From an uncultured Pseudomonadota bacterium (GTDB lineage Bacteria > Babelota > Babeliae > Babelales > RVW-14), in NCBI GenBank assembly GCA_964534555.1, contig CAZHRK010000003.1:1-64000 (forward strand): a DNA stretch of 64,000 nt, read 5' to 3'. How positions within the stretch are numbered: the first letter of the stretch is position 1; every line of letters starts with the position of its first letter. Shown one piece after another: positions 47,374 through 57,910 of this stretch. The notes beneath the pieces were generated by a model. It worked only from the letters and a program-made list of their open reading frames with translations. It made no database searches and was not told the origin of the DNA. The position numbers and the translations under genes are program-made.

Positions 47374-48096
47374 ATGTCCGGTCATTCCAAGTGGGCTACG
47401 ATTAAACATAAAAAAGCCAAAGAAGATTCTAAGCGCGGTAAGATTTTTACGAAGATTGTTCGTGAAATCACCGTAGCTGCACGTGAGGGTGGGGGTGATC
47501 CTGCTGGAAATCCTAAGCTCAGGCTTATTTTGGAAAAGGCAAAAGAGTGCAATATGCCAGCTGATAACGTTAGCCGTGCTATTAAAAAAGGTACGGGTGA
47601 GCTTGGTGGTGGCGCTATGTACGAGCCTTTTACTTACGAAGGGTATGGGCCTGCAGGTATCGCCGTTATGGTTGAGACGTTGAGTGATAATAAAAATAGA
47701 ACTGTCTCTGAGTTGCGCCATCAATTTACAAAAGCTGGTGGGAATCTAGGAGAAAACGGCTCTGTAGCCTGGATGTTCGAGCATAAAGGCGTAATCCGAG
47801 GCGTGACGTCAGCATCAGAAGATACTCTTCTTGAAGCATTAATGGATGCCGATATTGATGATCTTAAAGTTGTTGATGATAACGTTGTGATTATTGTTAA
47901 ACCGACATCGCTTGATGCTGCAAAGCGTCTTGCCGCTACTGTCGGTGTTAAAATTGAACAAGCTCAGCTTGAGTGGGTTGCTAAAAATCCGATCTCTGTG
48001 CCTGCGGGTGAGCAGGAAGACGTCGTCTTCAAATTTCTTGAAGCACTTGATGATCTTGATGATGTACAAAACGTTTATGCAAATATTGGCGATTAA
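47374..48096 (+). CDS. yebC: YebC/PmpR family DNA-binding transcriptional regulator
   Basis: MSGHSKWATIKHKKAKEDSKRGKIFTKIVREITVAAREGGGDPAGNPKLRL.. textbook YebC N-terminus. Confidence 0.85.
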   Translation: MSGHSKWATIKHKKAKEDSKRGKIFTKIVREITVAAREGGGDPAGNPKLRLILEKAKECNMPADNVSRAIKKGTGELGGGAMYEPFTYEGYGPAGIAVMVETLSDNKNRTVSELRHQFTKAGGNLGENGSVAWMFEHKGVIRGVTSASEDTLLEALMDADIDDLKVVDDNVVIIVKPTSLDAAKRLAATVGVKIEQAQLEWVAKNPISVPAGEQEDVVFKFLEALDDLDDVQNVYANIGD

Positions 48097-48117
48097 CGCT
48101 GACTTTAAGGAGGCTAT

Positions 48118-49005
48118 ATGCTGCGGAGTATGACTGGGTACGCGAGTAAAACGAGTCAGCTTGATCTTTCTGCTTTTGGGCAGGTGGGAATTTCTGTTGA
48201 AATTAAAACACTCAACAGCAGATTTTTTGAGGTGGTTTCAAAGCTTCCATCTACGTTAAGCCATTTAGAATTGCCAATTACAACAACCTTGCAAGAGCTT
48301 TTACAGCGCGGGCGTGTGTATTTAAATCTTAAGCTTGAGGATAGCTCCTCTAAACTTAAAACAGTTGCACCTGCGTGGTCTGTTCTTGATCAGTATTATA
48401 GTGCTGCTCAAGAGATTAAGAAAAAATATAATCTTGCAGATGATGTATCACTGCAGATGCTTCTTGCAAGACCAGATATTTTTGTTGAGCAGGACGTTAC
48501 CATAACTGCTGATGATGAGCAAAAGATTATTGACCTTGTAAAGTCTGTTGCAGAGCGCGTTGCGCAAATGCGTATTGAAGAAGGCAAACGCTTGCAGCGT
48601 GATTTTATTTCTATCTTCACAATATGCGCACAGAAGCATGCGCATATAACTGCTTCTTTTCAACAAGAAGTTGCTCGCCAAAAAGACCTTTTAAAAGAGG
48701 CGCTAGAGAGTGCGCCGTCATTAGATGCGCCGAATCCTGCTGTTGATGAGATTCAGAGCGTGTTGCGCAAAATTGATATTCATGAAGAAATCACCCGCTT
48801 TAAAAGCCACTTGGACGGTGTGATTCCGTATATTGATGGGCCAAGTACCGAAAAAGGTAAGCGTATTGATTTTATGCTTCAAGAGCTTTTGCGTGAGACT
48901 AACACAATGATGGCAAAATGCCCATCAGCAGAAGTCACTACCGCGTGTATTGATATCAAGGTTGAGCTTGAAAAAGCACGTGAGCAAGTGCAAAACATCG
49001 TTTAA
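48118..49005 (+). CDS. yicC: YicC family stress-induced protein
   Basis: MLRSMTGYASKT N-terminus (YicC_N) and C-terminal DUF1732-like EEITRFKSHLDG; RBS aaggagg. Confidence 0.75.
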   Translation: MLRSMTGYASKTSQLDLSAFGQVGISVEIKTLNSRFFEVVSKLPSTLSHLELPITTTLQELLQRGRVYLNLKLEDSSSKLKTVAPAWSVLDQYYSAAQEIKKKYNLADDVSLQMLLARPDIFVEQDVTITADDEQKIIDLVKSVAERVAQMRIEEGKRLQRDFISIFTICAQKHAHITASFQQEVARQKDLLKEALESAPSLDAPNPAVDEIQSVLRKIDIHEEITRFKSHLDGVIPYIDGPSTEKGKRIDFMLQELLRETNTMMAKCPSAEVTTACIDIKVELEKAREQVQNIV

Positions 49006-49019
49006 TAAGTGAGGAGAGT

Positions 49020-50180
49020 ATGAAGTCACTCATCAGTCCCCAGGAGCTTGCTCAGGCGGACAGAATACTATTTGTCACGCATCTTGCGCTTGGTGATTTT
49101 ACGTATCTTCAAAATTTTTTTTCTGCGTTGAGCCGAACATACCCACATCTCAAAATAGATTTATGGGTTGATGAAGTTCGTCGTACTCATAAGTTTTGGA
49201 AGTGGAAGCAGCTGAAAGCTTATAGCCTTTATGATTGGGTGCGGCAGGCTGGAATTTTTTCTAAAGTCTATGATCAAACCTACTCGCCTCGTTTGTTTGC
49301 AGCGTCTGTTAAAGAGGCTCAGCAGCAAAACTACGATTACGTTATCTCATTGTGCATAGTTCGCCCACATTTTTATGCGCGTCTTGTGCGTAAAATAGCA
49401 ACTAAAGGCAAAGCATTTTCACTTGTTGGCCAGACTAAGCTATGGAATATTATAAACAGATATCATTACAGCAAGCTTGACGGTAGCGTTGTAATTAAGC
49501 GCCCAGAAAAGGGTAGCCATATTACACAAACATATGCTGCATGGTTTAGAGAGTTTTTTGGTCTTGAGGTGTCACAGGCTGATCGTGCTGCGTATATTAC
49601 GATCCCTCGCCAGTGGGATGTTTGGGCTCGTATGCGCTTTATGAAGCTTGAGATTGATAAAACGTCTCATAAATTCTCAAAAGTTGTTTTTATTAATCCT
49701 TTTGCAAAAACAATTAAGCGTAGTTGGCCTATTGAGCGGGTGTATGAGCTTGTGAGCAGCATTAAGCGCCTTGATAAATGGAATGATGTCAGTTTTATTA
49801 TTAACGTTGTTCCTGAAGAGCTTAAGCGTATTGAGGCTTTCTTTAATAAACACCCAATGAAGGGTGTTCACCTTTTTAGCGCTACTCATAGCTTTTTCCA
49901 GCTACCAGCTATTCTTAATTTGTGTGATATCGTTGTAACGGTTGAGACATCAATTATGCATTTTGCCGCAGCGCTGGATATTCCCCAGATCGCTTTGATG
50001 CGTCAAAAAAATCCTGAGTGGGCGCCACTAAAAAGTGATTTAGCAACTATTATTACGACGCATAATAGAAACGCATGGATCAAAGATATTCCTGTTAAGC
50101 ATGTTATGGATGAGCTTGCAAAGAGATTTCACGATGGATCTCAAACAGACAGCTATCAATCTCTTGACCTTGGACAATAA
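49020..50180 (+). CDS. glycosyltransferase family 9 (LPS heptosyltransferase-like)
   Basis: ILFVTHLALGDFTYLQNFFSAL (GT9 N-terminal GD motif) and C-terminal TSIMHFAAALDIPQIAL. Confidence 0.6.
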   Translation: MKSLISPQELAQADRILFVTHLALGDFTYLQNFFSALSRTYPHLKIDLWVDEVRRTHKFWKWKQLKAYSLYDWVRQAGIFSKVYDQTYSPRLFAASVKEAQQQNYDYVISLCIVRPHFYARLVRKIATKGKAFSLVGQTKLWNIINRYHYSKLDGSVVIKRPEKGSHITQTYAAWFREFFGLEVSQADRAAYITIPRQWDVWARMRFMKLEIDKTSHKFSKVVFINPFAKTIKRSWPIERVYELVSSIKRLDKWNDVSFIINVVPEELKRIEAFFNKHPMKGVHLFSATHSFFQLPAILNLCDIVVTVETSIMHFAAALDIPQIALMRQKNPEWAPLKSDLATIITTHNRNAWIKDIPVKHVMDELAKRFHDGSQTDSYQSLDLGQ

Positions 50181-50263
50181 AGTTACTCATTGTGTTGCTT
50201 TATTTTAGTTCTTCGCTACGTTACCTACATGCAAAATAAATGTCTTATAAAAAAGGAGTAATA

Positions 50264-50926
50264 ATGATGACATTTCGACGCATTTCACTACACATGGTGG
50301 CAGTGTTTGGATTAGTTTTAACAGCTGGCATTCTTAATGCTGCAACATCACCAAAACCAGAGGCTGAAGCTGATGCCGCTGCGGCTGTTGGTGGTGGTAA
50401 TGATTCAGCTGATCGCGCTGCTTCACCTGTTAGAGCTCGTAGCGGTACTTTGCATAATGATGCCCCGGCTACTGGAGCGGCAGATGCAGATCAGGTTGTT
50501 GCACCAACTGCTCCTACTGACGCTAGCCATGAAGAAACTCAAACGCCTCCTCCGTCACCTGAAGCAACAGCGCTTGCTGCAAACAGACAAACTAGCAGAA
50601 TTTGGGCTGGTTTGACTAATGGTGGTAGAGCTGCTTGGGCTCAAGCAGTCGCTGGAACTGATTGGGTTAAACAGCACCCTGGTACATTTGCAGTGTATGC
50701 AACAACTGTGCTTGCTGCGGCATGTGCTGTTGTTGCAACCCAAACTCCTGAGTGTGCGGCTGCGCTTTCACTTGCAGACCTGCAAGTTTGCCTTGAGCAC
50801 CTTCCTGCATCAGCGTGGGCTCTTGGAGCATCTGCAGTTGTAGGTGTAACAGGCCTTGCAACAGCTGGCTACGATAGATTAGTAGCAGCTGGAACTTGGG
50901 CTGCACAAGGTCTAAGACTTGCTTAA
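50264..50926 (+). CDS. hypothetical secreted Ala-rich protein
   Basis: Start MMTFRRISLHMVAVFGLVLTAGILNA (RBS aaaggag); Ala/Pro/Thr-rich. Confidence 0.45.
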   Translation: MMTFRRISLHMVAVFGLVLTAGILNAATSPKPEAEADAAAAVGGGNDSADRAASPVRARSGTLHNDAPATGAADADQVVAPTAPTDASHEETQTPPPSPEATALAANRQTSRIWAGLTNGGRAAWAQAVAGTDWVKQHPGTFAVYATTVLAAACAVVATQTPECAAALSLADLQVCLEHLPASAWALGASAVVGVTGLATAGYDRLVAAGTWAAQGLRLA

Positions 50927-50966
50927 TAAGCATCAAGTAATAAGTCTTGATAGTTAAGGAGAATTA

Positions 50967-51587
50967 ATGAAAATGTTATTTGCACTAGTATTACTTGCTG
51001 TGAGCGCAAATCTTGCAGCTTCTAACGAAAATGCTGATGGCCCAATTGCAAGCCGTACAAGAAGACGCTCAAAAGCTGCTTCAGCGCCTAGCGCGCCTCA
51101 AAAACCAGCTCGTTCACATCAAGCTCTTACGCCTACCAGCGCTGTAGATTTAACTGCAGCTATGGACGCTGCTGTTGCCTCATCAGCTTCTGATGTTGAA
51201 ACCGCAGAAAAAGCAGCGGCAGCGCTGGATAGACTTGCTGAGCGTAAACCAGATTCAAGAGTAGCTGCTGTTTGGGCTGCGTGCAAAACAAGATCAGCAA
51301 AAGCTCTTAATCTTGTGCCATCTCGTACAGCTCTGTGGACAGCTCTTTGGGGATGCTGCCGTAGAACAAAAAATGTAGTTTTAAGCAAAGAAGCTGTCAG
51401 CGCGCTAGCGGTAGCATCATTCGTTACATTTGCTGCTGCATGTCCTGAGCTTCAGTCATTTGTTGGAGCGCACCTTCCAGAAACTGTAGCATTACAGGCT
51501 GTAAATGCTCTTACAACCCTTGCTGTGCCTGCTACATACGTTCTTTCAATTGTTAAATCAATACCAGCATCTTTTGTAGCTGCGTAA
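50967..51587 (+). CDS. hypothetical secreted Ala-rich protein
   Basis: Signal peptide MKMLFALVLLAVSANLAAS; Ala-rich; RBS aaggaga. Confidence 0.45.
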   Translation: MKMLFALVLLAVSANLAASNENADGPIASRTRRRSKAASAPSAPQKPARSHQALTPTSAVDLTAAMDAAVASSASDVETAEKAAAALDRLAERKPDSRVAAVWAACKTRSAKALNLVPSRTALWTALWGCCRRTKNVVLSKEAVSALAVASFVTFAAACPELQSFVGAHLPETVALQAVNALTTLAVPATYVLSIVKSIPASFVAA

Positions 51588-51608
51588 TTTTGATTTTTCT
51601 TGATGAAA

Positions 51609-51639
51609 AAAGCCCTTCTGTTTTTGGTGGAAGGGCTTT
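51609..51639 (+). terminator. rho-independent terminator
   Basis: aaagcccttc-(11 nt)-gaagggctttt after stop 51587. Confidence 0.55.
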
Positions 51640-51785
51640 TCTATTTGTAAGATTATCCCTTTTTCTACCCTAAAAAGCGCCTTTTCCCTTCTTGGCAGCC
51701 CCTATTAGACTAGTTCCATAGGTTCTTATTACTTATATTAAGCCTATAAGAATAGTTATTTTGATATACCGCCAAGGAGCTGTTT

Positions 51786-52793
51786 ATGAAACGCTTGTTT
51801 ATGATGGCGCTGGTGATTTTGTTTGGTGCTATGAGCAACCTTACGCACGCTGCAGTTGCTGTTCCAGCACCGCTTGCACCTCATGATAATCGCCCTGCGT
51901 ATACCGCTTGTAAAGATGAGTTGTATAGAGTTTTTGCGCGAGACGCTGTTTTAGTCGGTCAGGCCGAAAACATTGTTGCTGCTCGTAATGAGGCATATAC
52001 GGCTATGCAGAGCGCTTTAGAAAATATTCTTTCAGTTGAAGATGTATCGTACCGCCTTGTTGGTAACTCGCCGCAACATGGACCCTCGTTTGCACGCCTT
52101 CCTCAAGAAATGAAAAGCCTATGGGAAGAAGTGCGTTCATTCTGGTGTCATGCAATTTTGCGCTTTGATGCTCTTTCAAATACTGATTCTGTGGAAGATA
52201 CATTTGTTCATACAGGATTAAGTCAGCATGCGTTAGCAAATGAAAATTTTCAGCTCACCTCAGTTTATAATCCTGCATCTCATTCTATGATTATGCATGG
52301 TACCTTTGGTGATGCGTATTATAGTGTTTATAAATCTTTTATTAACCTTGCACTTGCACGTGGCTGGTTTAATGTTGGAGTGAATTTTTTACTTGCACTT
52401 ACTACCGCGACTGAAGGCGATTATAAAGATTTACTCAAGCAAGATTTGCTTGATTCAGCAAATGCATTTAACAATAATCTTTTCACACTTATTGTGAGAA
52501 ATGAAAGAACACGAAGAGCCTTTGTTGAGGTTTATCGTGACACTGATTTTTTTGATCGAAAATATGCACGTGAGCGCGCGTCATTATTACCGTGCTTTAG
52601 GCCTGTACGCGGTCTAGATTATTTTAATCATTCTGTGGTGCCAACCTTTGGAGCGCCTAGACCAGGCAGATTTGAAGGTTCTTTGAGTATGCTTAAAGAA
52701 GCTTTTTTGTATGCTGCGCCTATGCTTGCAGCAGCAGGTGTTACAGCCCTAGCTTCATATATATATAAGTATAATATCGCAATTCATGATTAA
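51786..52793 (+). CDS. hypothetical secreted protein with C-terminal hydrophobic anchor
   Basis: Signal peptide MKRLFMMALVILFGAMSNLTHA; C-terminal AAPMLAAAGVTALASYIY. Confidence 0.5.
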   Translation: MKRLFMMALVILFGAMSNLTHAAVAVPAPLAPHDNRPAYTACKDELYRVFARDAVLVGQAENIVAARNEAYTAMQSALENILSVEDVSYRLVGNSPQHGPSFARLPQEMKSLWEEVRSFWCHAILRFDALSNTDSVEDTFVHTGLSQHALANENFQLTSVYNPASHSMIMHGTFGDAYYSVYKSFINLALARGWFNVGVNFLLALTTATEGDYKDLLKQDLLDSANAFNNNLFTLIVRNERTRRAFVEVYRDTDFFDRKYARERASLLPCFRPVRGLDYFNHSVVPTFGAPRPGRFEGSLSMLKEAFLYAAPMLAAAGVTALASYIYKYNIAIHD

Positions 52794-52855
52794 TAAGCAT
52801 CGTTTGGTCTTTATATAAAAGACTTTTGCGCGATAACAAGTAATCAAACTACACT

Positions 52856-52892
52856 AAAAAAGAGCCAACGGTTAACTCCTTGGCTCTTTTTT
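52856..52892 (+). terminator. rho-independent terminator
   Basis: aaaaaagagccaa-cggttaactcc-ttggctctttttt. Confidence 0.5.
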
Positions 52893-52960
52893 ATTTGGGT
52901 AACAAGTATTATCGATTTCTTTGTTGACAGACTGCGTCTTCGGCGTCATGCTGCCTGATT

Positions 52961-53986
52961 ATGAAGATCTATAAGTCACTTGCGAATTTTATTACTATCT
53001 TAAGGCTGTGTGCAGCGCCTTTTGTTGCTTACAGCATCGTAACTATCTCTACGCCGGCAGATGCCCTGCTATCACTCGTATTTTTCTTTTTAGTCGCCCT
53101 TACGGATTATCTTGATGGCTTGTGCGCTCGATTTTTTGGAGCGTCAGCATTTGGTGCGTTTGCAGACCCTATAGCAGATAAAGCATTGATTCTATGTAGC
53201 ATGGGAGCTCTTTGGGGGCACGCTATTGTGCCGCTGGGCGCGCTCCTTATTGTCGCAGGGCGTGATCTTTGGATTACCTATATTCGCAGTGCTGCGTCAC
53301 TTCAAAAAATTCCTTTTACAACCTCTCGTATTGCAAAATACAAGACATTTGCCCAATGTATAGGCGTTTGTGTCTCATTGCTTGCGATTTATGGGGCGGT
53401 CCCGCTCTGGTTTAATGATATATTTTGGCTGGTTGTTGTGCTGCTAACGCTATGGTCTGGACTCAGCTACAGTATCACTTTTTTTAAGCATGTTGGGTTG
53501 CCTGAATGGTTTAAGTTGTTTGATATTAATACACTTATTGCTTCAGGGATTTTAAGCGGCTTTATTCCTCGTGCCCCCGGAACTTTTGGGACATTAGTTG
53601 GATGGTTTATCGTTGCTTACTTGCAGCAAGCGTACTCATTAGAGCTATTACGAGTAGCGCTTGTGCTTGTTTTTAGTATTGGTCTTCTTGCTTCGTACAA
53701 ATGCACGTTGTCAGCGCGTGATACTGATCCATCCTGGATTGTTATTGATGAGATTGTTGGCTTTTGGTTTGTATTGGTGTTTTTGCCGGTTCAGACGCTT
53801 GAGTGGCAATGTGCCGCATTTGTATTATTCAGATTTTTTGACATCTCAAAAGTAGGTTTGATTGGAACTGTAGATCGTCGTTTCAAGAATGCATTAGGCC
53901 TTATGCTTGATGATATGATTGCGGGGGGATATACAATTACCGTTCTCTGGATTATTAACCACATGCGTCTGTTGTGTGGGTTTTGA
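52961..53986 (+). CDS. pgsA-pgpA: bifunctional fusion: CDP-diacylglycerol--glycerol-3-phosphate 3-phosphatidyltransferase (PgsA) + phosphatidylglycerophosphatase A (PgpA)
   Basis: N-half carries the CDP-alcohol phosphatidyltransferase motif DYLDGLCARFFGASAFGAFADPIADK. C-half carries PgpA motifs PGTFGTLVG, IDEIVGFW, FRFFDISKVG and LDDMIAGGYT. Confidence 0.7.
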   Translation: MKIYKSLANFITILRLCAAPFVAYSIVTISTPADALLSLVFFFLVALTDYLDGLCARFFGASAFGAFADPIADKALILCSMGALWGHAIVPLGALLIVAGRDLWITYIRSAASLQKIPFTTSRIAKYKTFAQCIGVCVSLLAIYGAVPLWFNDIFWLVVVLLTLWSGLSYSITFFKHVGLPEWFKLFDINTLIASGILSGFIPRAPGTFGTLVGWFIVAYLQQAYSLELLRVALVLVFSIGLLASYKCTLSARDTDPSWIVIDEIVGFWFVLVFLPVQTLEWQCAAFVLFRFFDISKVGLIGTVDRRFKNALGLMLDDMIAGGYTITVLWIINHMRLLCGF

Positions 53987-54110
53987 TTGTTATTTCTCGC
54001 ATGGACAGCCTGATTTCTTGCAAGAATAACCACTTGCCAGTATCCTATATCTCTTACTTAATTTTGCATTAAAAATGATAACGAAAAGTTTGTTATAGGA
54101 AGGGAAGCGA

Positions 54111-56687
54111 ATGGCGATAACCGAAACAGGGAATAACCCGAAACCAACGTTTGGTGTAGCTTCGCTCTCAATTGAGAAAGAGCTTAAGACTGCGTTTCTT
54201 GATTATGCGATGTCGGTTATTGTAAGCCGTGCTTTGCCCGATGTGCGTGATGGCCTCAAGCCAGTGCACCGTCGTGTTTTGTATGCTATGCATCAGCTCG
54301 GTTTGTATAATGAGCGCCCATACCGTAAATCCGCAACTGTTGTGGGTGAGGTGATGGGACATTTCCATCCGCATGGTGATTCTCCGATTTATCAAACCAT
54401 GGTGGGAATGGTTCAAGATTTTTCTAAGCGTTACCCATTACTTGATGGCCAAGGAAACTGGGGATCTATCGATGGTGATAACGCAGCGGCTATGCGTTAT
54501 ACCGAAGTTAAAATGGCGCGTATTGCTCGTGAGCTTTTATCAGATATTGAGAAAGACACTGTTCATTTTGTTCCTAACTTTGATGAATCAACACAAGAGC
54601 CTGTTTTGCTTCCGAGCAAGATTCCAAACCTCTTGATTAACGGATCAACCGGTATTGCTGTTGGTATGGCAACATCTGTTCCGCCGCACAATTTGACAGA
54701 AGTTGTTAATGGTTGCTTAGAGCTTTTGAGAAACCCTGATGTTTCAGATGATCGCTTGTTTGAGATTATCCCTGCGCCTGATTTTCCAACCGGCGGTATT
54801 ATTTGTGGGCGTTCTGGAATTGTTAAAGCTTATCGTACTGGCCATGGTCAGTGCACTGTGCGCGCTGTAGTTGATATCGAAGAAACAAAGAAAAATACAG
54901 CTATCGTTGTTACAGAGCTTCCGTATCAGGTGAATAAGGCAGATTTGATTACCAAAATTGCTGACCTTGTTAAAAATAAAGTTATTGACGGTATCTCAAA
55001 TATTCGTGATGAGTCTGACCGCCGTGGTATTCGTGTTGTGATTGAGCTTCGTCGTGGTGAAGTGCCGCAAGTTATTTTAAATCAGCTTTATAAGCACACA
55101 TCACTCCAAACAAGCATGTCTATCATGATGCTTGCGCTCTATCAAAACAGACCAATGTTCTTTACCTTGCGTGAAATGCTTGAGCATTTCTTAATTCACC
55201 GTAAAGAAATCATTACTCGTCGCTCTGAGTTTGACCTTGCAAAACATAAAGCGCGTGCCCATGTTCTTCAGGGCCTGATTATTGCGCTCAGCAATATTGA
55301 TGAGATCGTTGCGCTTATTAAACGCTCACAAACAGCTGAAGAGGCGATGCGTGGTATGTTTGATCGCTTTGGTCTTTCAGATGCGCAGTCAAAAGCAATT
55401 CTTGAAATGCGCCTTCAGCGCTTGACAGGTCTTGAGCAAGGCAAAATTCATGCAGAGCTTGAAGATCTTGGTCGTACAATTGCGCGCTTAGAGCTTATTT
55501 TGAGCAATGAAGAAGAACTCAAAGGCGAAATCGTAAAAGAGCTTGAGCATATCAAGGCAACTTATGGTGATGATCGTCGTACCCGTATTGAAGGGCCGAT
55601 TGATAGCTTGAGTGAGGCTGACTTGATCCCTGACGAAGAGGTTCTTGTTACGCTCACAAGAAAAGGTTACATCAAGCGCGTTATCCTTGATACTTATGCT
55701 GTTCAGCATCGTGGTGGCAAAGGTAAGAAAGGCATGGCAGACCTTGAAGAATCAGATGATGTTATGCTTGATGCGTTTGTGACTAAAAACCATGACGAAC
55801 TGCTGTTCTTTACCAATCTTGGCAGAATTTACAGCCAAAAAGTCTTCCAGATACCTGAGGCTTCACGTACAGCTAAAGGTCGTGCAATTGTTAACTTGCT
55901 CCAGCTTACTGAAGGTGAGCGTGTTGTTAAGCTTCTTTGCACACGAGACATGGAAAACAAATTTATTGTGATGATTACACGTAACGGTGTGATTAAGAAG
56001 ACTTCAGCTGAAGAGTTTATGAAGATTCGTAGCACCGGTATCAGAGCGCTTAACTTGAATGATGGTGATGAGCTTGCATTCTGCGCAATGAGTGGCGGTA
56101 GTGATTCAATTATTATTGCTACATACCATGGTCAGGGCATTCACTTTAAAGAGACCGAAGTTCGTGCAATGGGTCGAAACGCTGCTGGAGTGCGCGGTAT
56201 TAGCTTGAGATCAAAAGATCATGTTGTTGGGCTTGAGGTAATTCCTGAGACAAGTGATGTGCTTATTGCAACATCTCAAGGCTATGGTAAGCGCGTTAAA
56301 GTTTCTGACTTTAGAGTCGCGCATCGTGGCGGACTTGGGGTACGTACTATTCCGTGTGATACACGTAATGGTTATGTGATCGGGCTTGTTCGTGTTACTG
56401 ATGAATCAAATCTTCTCTTGATTGATACGAATGGTAAGATTATTCGTCTTTCACCGCAAGAGATCAGAACAATGGGGCGTCAGGCTAAAGGTGTACGCCT
56501 TGTTCGACTTGATGCTGGTCAAGAGCTGATATCTGTTAAGGCGTTTGTTGGTTCAGAAGAAGATGATCAAACTGCTCATGTTGTTAATCCTCTTGAGACT
56601 GAACAGCGCGCACAGCAGGCACTGCCAATTGATGATCAAGTTCTTATGACTGACGATGTTATGATTGACGACTCAACTGAGGAATAA
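54111..56687 (+). CDS. gyrA: DNA gyrase subunit A
   Basis: YAMSVIVSRALPDVRDGLKPVHRRVLYAM, HPHGDS, active-site AAMRYTEVKM, GyrA-box-like C-terminal beta-pinwheel repeats; unusually divergent QRDR region (GNWGS). Confidence 0.9.
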   Translation: MAITETGNNPKPTFGVASLSIEKELKTAFLDYAMSVIVSRALPDVRDGLKPVHRRVLYAMHQLGLYNERPYRKSATVVGEVMGHFHPHGDSPIYQTMVGMVQDFSKRYPLLDGQGNWGSIDGDNAAAMRYTEVKMARIARELLSDIEKDTVHFVPNFDESTQEPVLLPSKIPNLLINGSTGIAVGMATSVPPHNLTEVVNGCLELLRNPDVSDDRLFEIIPAPDFPTGGIICGRSGIVKAYRTGHGQCTVRAVVDIEETKKNTAIVVTELPYQVNKADLITKIADLVKNKVIDGISNIRDESDRRGIRVVIELRRGEVPQVILNQLYKHTSLQTSMSIMMLALYQNRPMFFTLREMLEHFLIHRKEIITRRSEFDLAKHKARAHVLQGLIIALSNIDEIVALIKRSQTAEEAMRGMFDRFGLSDAQSKAILEMRLQRLTGLEQGKIHAELEDLGRTIARLELILSNEEELKGEIVKELEHIKATYGDDRRTRIEGPIDSLSEADLIPDEEVLVTLTRKGYIKRVILDTYAVQHRGGKGKKGMADLEESDDVMLDAFVTKNHDELLFFTNLGRIYSQKVFQIPEASRTAKGRAIVNLLQLTEGERVVKLLCTRDMENKFIVMITRNGVIKKTSAEEFMKIRSTGIRALNLNDGDELAFCAMSGGSDSIIIATYHGQGIHFKETEVRAMGRNAAGVRGISLRSKDHVVGLEVIPETSDVLIATSQGYGKRVKVSDFRVAHRGGLGVRTIPCDTRNGYVIGLVRVTDESNLLLIDTNGKIIRLSPQEIRTMGRQAKGVRLVRLDAGQELISVKAFVGSEEDDQTAHVVNPLETEQRAQQALPIDDQVLMTDDVMIDDSTEE

Positions 56688-57898
56688 TGAACACACAACA
56701 GCGGGTTATACACACCTTGTCGTTTATACCGCATGTGGGGGCGGGAAACACACTAAGACTATTGACTGGGTTGCTGCACAAGCAGCAGCCCAGCTCTTTT
56801 CCTACATTTGATGCATCTGATGAAGCTTCTGATATTAAGGCACTTTCATGGGATCGCGTTCTGAAGCATTTTGATACTCTAGATATTGAATCGCTTTTAT
56901 CTCTCTCAGAGGCTGAATTGCACCAGCTTAGGGTGCCGCTTCGGGTTGCCCAAAGTATTACCCAGTACAAGCAGTATGAAGAAAAAGCTTTGCGTGATTA
57001 TGATGCTGCGTATCAAAAGCATGCTCATATTATTACAATTACAGATTCGCGTTATCCACCACACTTACGGCATATTCCGCAACCTCCGCTGGTGTTGTAT
57101 GTTATGGGTGATCCATCGATTCTTTCACAGAAAGCTATCGCGTTTGTTGGCTCGCGTGACGCAAACCGTTATGGCCAGATGATAACAGATTCGCTGGTGC
57201 GGCCTCTTGCCGCTGCTGGCTGGGTTATTGTGAGTGGGGGTGCTCTTGGCGCTGATGCGATGGCGCATCAAGCAGCCCTTAGTGTTGCAGGTAAGAGTGT
57301 TGCTGTGCTTGGCAGTGGCCTTAACTTTCTTATGCCGACATCAAATAGTCATATATTCGATGCGCTTATCGATCATTCAGGTGCTGTTATTTCTCATTTT
57401 CCCATGCATACCCGCCCTGATAAAACTAATTACCCAGACCGCAACCGTATTATTTCTGGCCTGAGCTTAGGCACCGTGGTTATCCAGGCTGCTGAACGCA
57501 GTGGCGCTTTGATTACAGCGCACCATGCGCTTGAGCAGGGGCGTGGAGTTTTTGCTGTCCCTGGCCCTGTAGATGATCCCTTAAGCGTTGGTTGTCATGA
57601 TCTTATTCGACAGGGTGGTACCCTTGTTTACAATTGGCAACAAATCGAGCTGGAACTTATGGAGCCTGCGGGTGGGGTCCCTCAGCAGATGACAATTTTT
57701 GGTACTCAGCCTAATAAAAACACGGTTCAAGAGGTGGAGCAGCATCCCCTGTTGGCACATTTAGCCGCGCCTGCTACACTTGACGAGCTTGCGCTGAGCA
57801 CTGGACACGATTTTGATATGCTTCAACAAATGCTTTTTGCGCTGCAGCTTGAAGGAGTTGTAAAGCAAGATTTTACCGGCTCGTGGCAACGAGCATAA
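56687..57898 (+). CDS. dprA: DNA processing protein DprA (Smf)
   Basis: AFVGSRDANRYGQ...VIVSGGALGADAMAHQAAL...TVVIQAAERSGALITA Rossmann-like DprA core; overlaps gyrA stop. Confidence 0.8.
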   Translation: MNTQQRVIHTLSFIPHVGAGNTLRLLTGLLHKQQPSSFPTFDASDEASDIKALSWDRVLKHFDTLDIESLLSLSEAELHQLRVPLRVAQSITQYKQYEEKALRDYDAAYQKHAHIITITDSRYPPHLRHIPQPPLVLYVMGDPSILSQKAIAFVGSRDANRYGQMITDSLVRPLAAAGWVIVSGGALGADAMAHQAALSVAGKSVAVLGSGLNFLMPTSNSHIFDALIDHSGAVISHFPMHTRPDKTNYPDRNRIISGLSLGTVVIQAAERSGALITAHHALEQGRGVFAVPGPVDDPLSVGCHDLIRQGGTLVYNWQQIELELMEPAGGVPQQMTIFGTQPNKNTVQEVEQHPLLAHLAAPATLDELALSTGHDFDMLQQMLFALQLEGVVKQDFTGSWQRA

Positions 57899-57910
57899 AT
57901 AAGGATAGCA

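Noticed and set aside
50337-50936. L/Q/H-rich ORFs on both strands across 50264..50926
   Set aside because: Alternate-frame artefacts of an Ala-codon-rich gene
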